A DNA stretch of 63,817 bases, the filler included, from Octopus bimaculoides (taxonomy: Eukaryota), in NCBI RefSeq assembly GCF_001194135.2. It is 5 parts of 4 records of this genome, joined end to end, with 100 filler letters (N's around TTAATTAATTAA, not from the genome) between each part and the next. Parts side by side here need not be neighbours in the genome. Positions count along the whole stretch, not along the records: positions 62,022 to 63,817 come from NW_026322711.1; 4 more parts are not named here. One strand, given 5' to 3'. Both the position numbers and the translations under genes were made by a program. Of this stretch, positions 63,651-63,817 are shown one piece after another; position 1 is the stretch's first letter; each line of letters opens with the position of its first letter. The notes under the pieces were generated by a model, which made no database searches, had not been told where the DNA came from, and saw only the letters and a program-made list of their open reading frames with translations.

Positions 63651-63817
63651 AGAGAGAAACATAGATAGACATTTTACCAATTTAGTATGTAATGAAATCC
63701 ACATACGCGATGATATTCAAGCCAGCACCCATGTGTTCACGCGTACGTACATATGCATATGCATGTATATGCATGCATACATACATGCATGTATACATAC
63801 ATACATACATACATACA

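Overview
AT-rich, gap-riddled, microsatellite-dense eukaryotic DNA, most likely an octopus/coleoid cephalopod draft assembly. This is inferred from the tRNA-derived SINE families and repeat landscape, not proven. I cannot support any intact host protein-coding gene. Almost all ORFs in the track are microsatellite or N-gap artefacts, or transposon fragments. The window is a graveyard of mobile elements: three different Penelope-like element (PLE) lineages, R4/Dong-type REL retrotransposon fragments, an RTE relic, LINE ORF1 relics, a small pol-less LTR element, mariner/maT transposons and MITEs, Helitron-like elements, foldback elements and many SINEs. The main signal is a ~280-nt module present five times: tRNA-like Pol III promoter, (AAT)n, spacer, minimal type I hammerhead-ribozyme motif with palindromic stem III, and tail. 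It is fused to the 3' end of a Penelope RT/GIY-YIG ORF. It forms inverted pairs at two independent insertions (37.9-39.3 kb and 59.9-60.8 kb), and a Dong-like element has inserted into its (AAT)n tract at 50.0 kb. Two further, unrelated hammerhead motifs (1-32 and 37248-37334), two pre-miRNA-like hairpins and two candidate promoter/first-exon sites are also flagged. Ribozyme activity and novelty are hypotheses to be tested.
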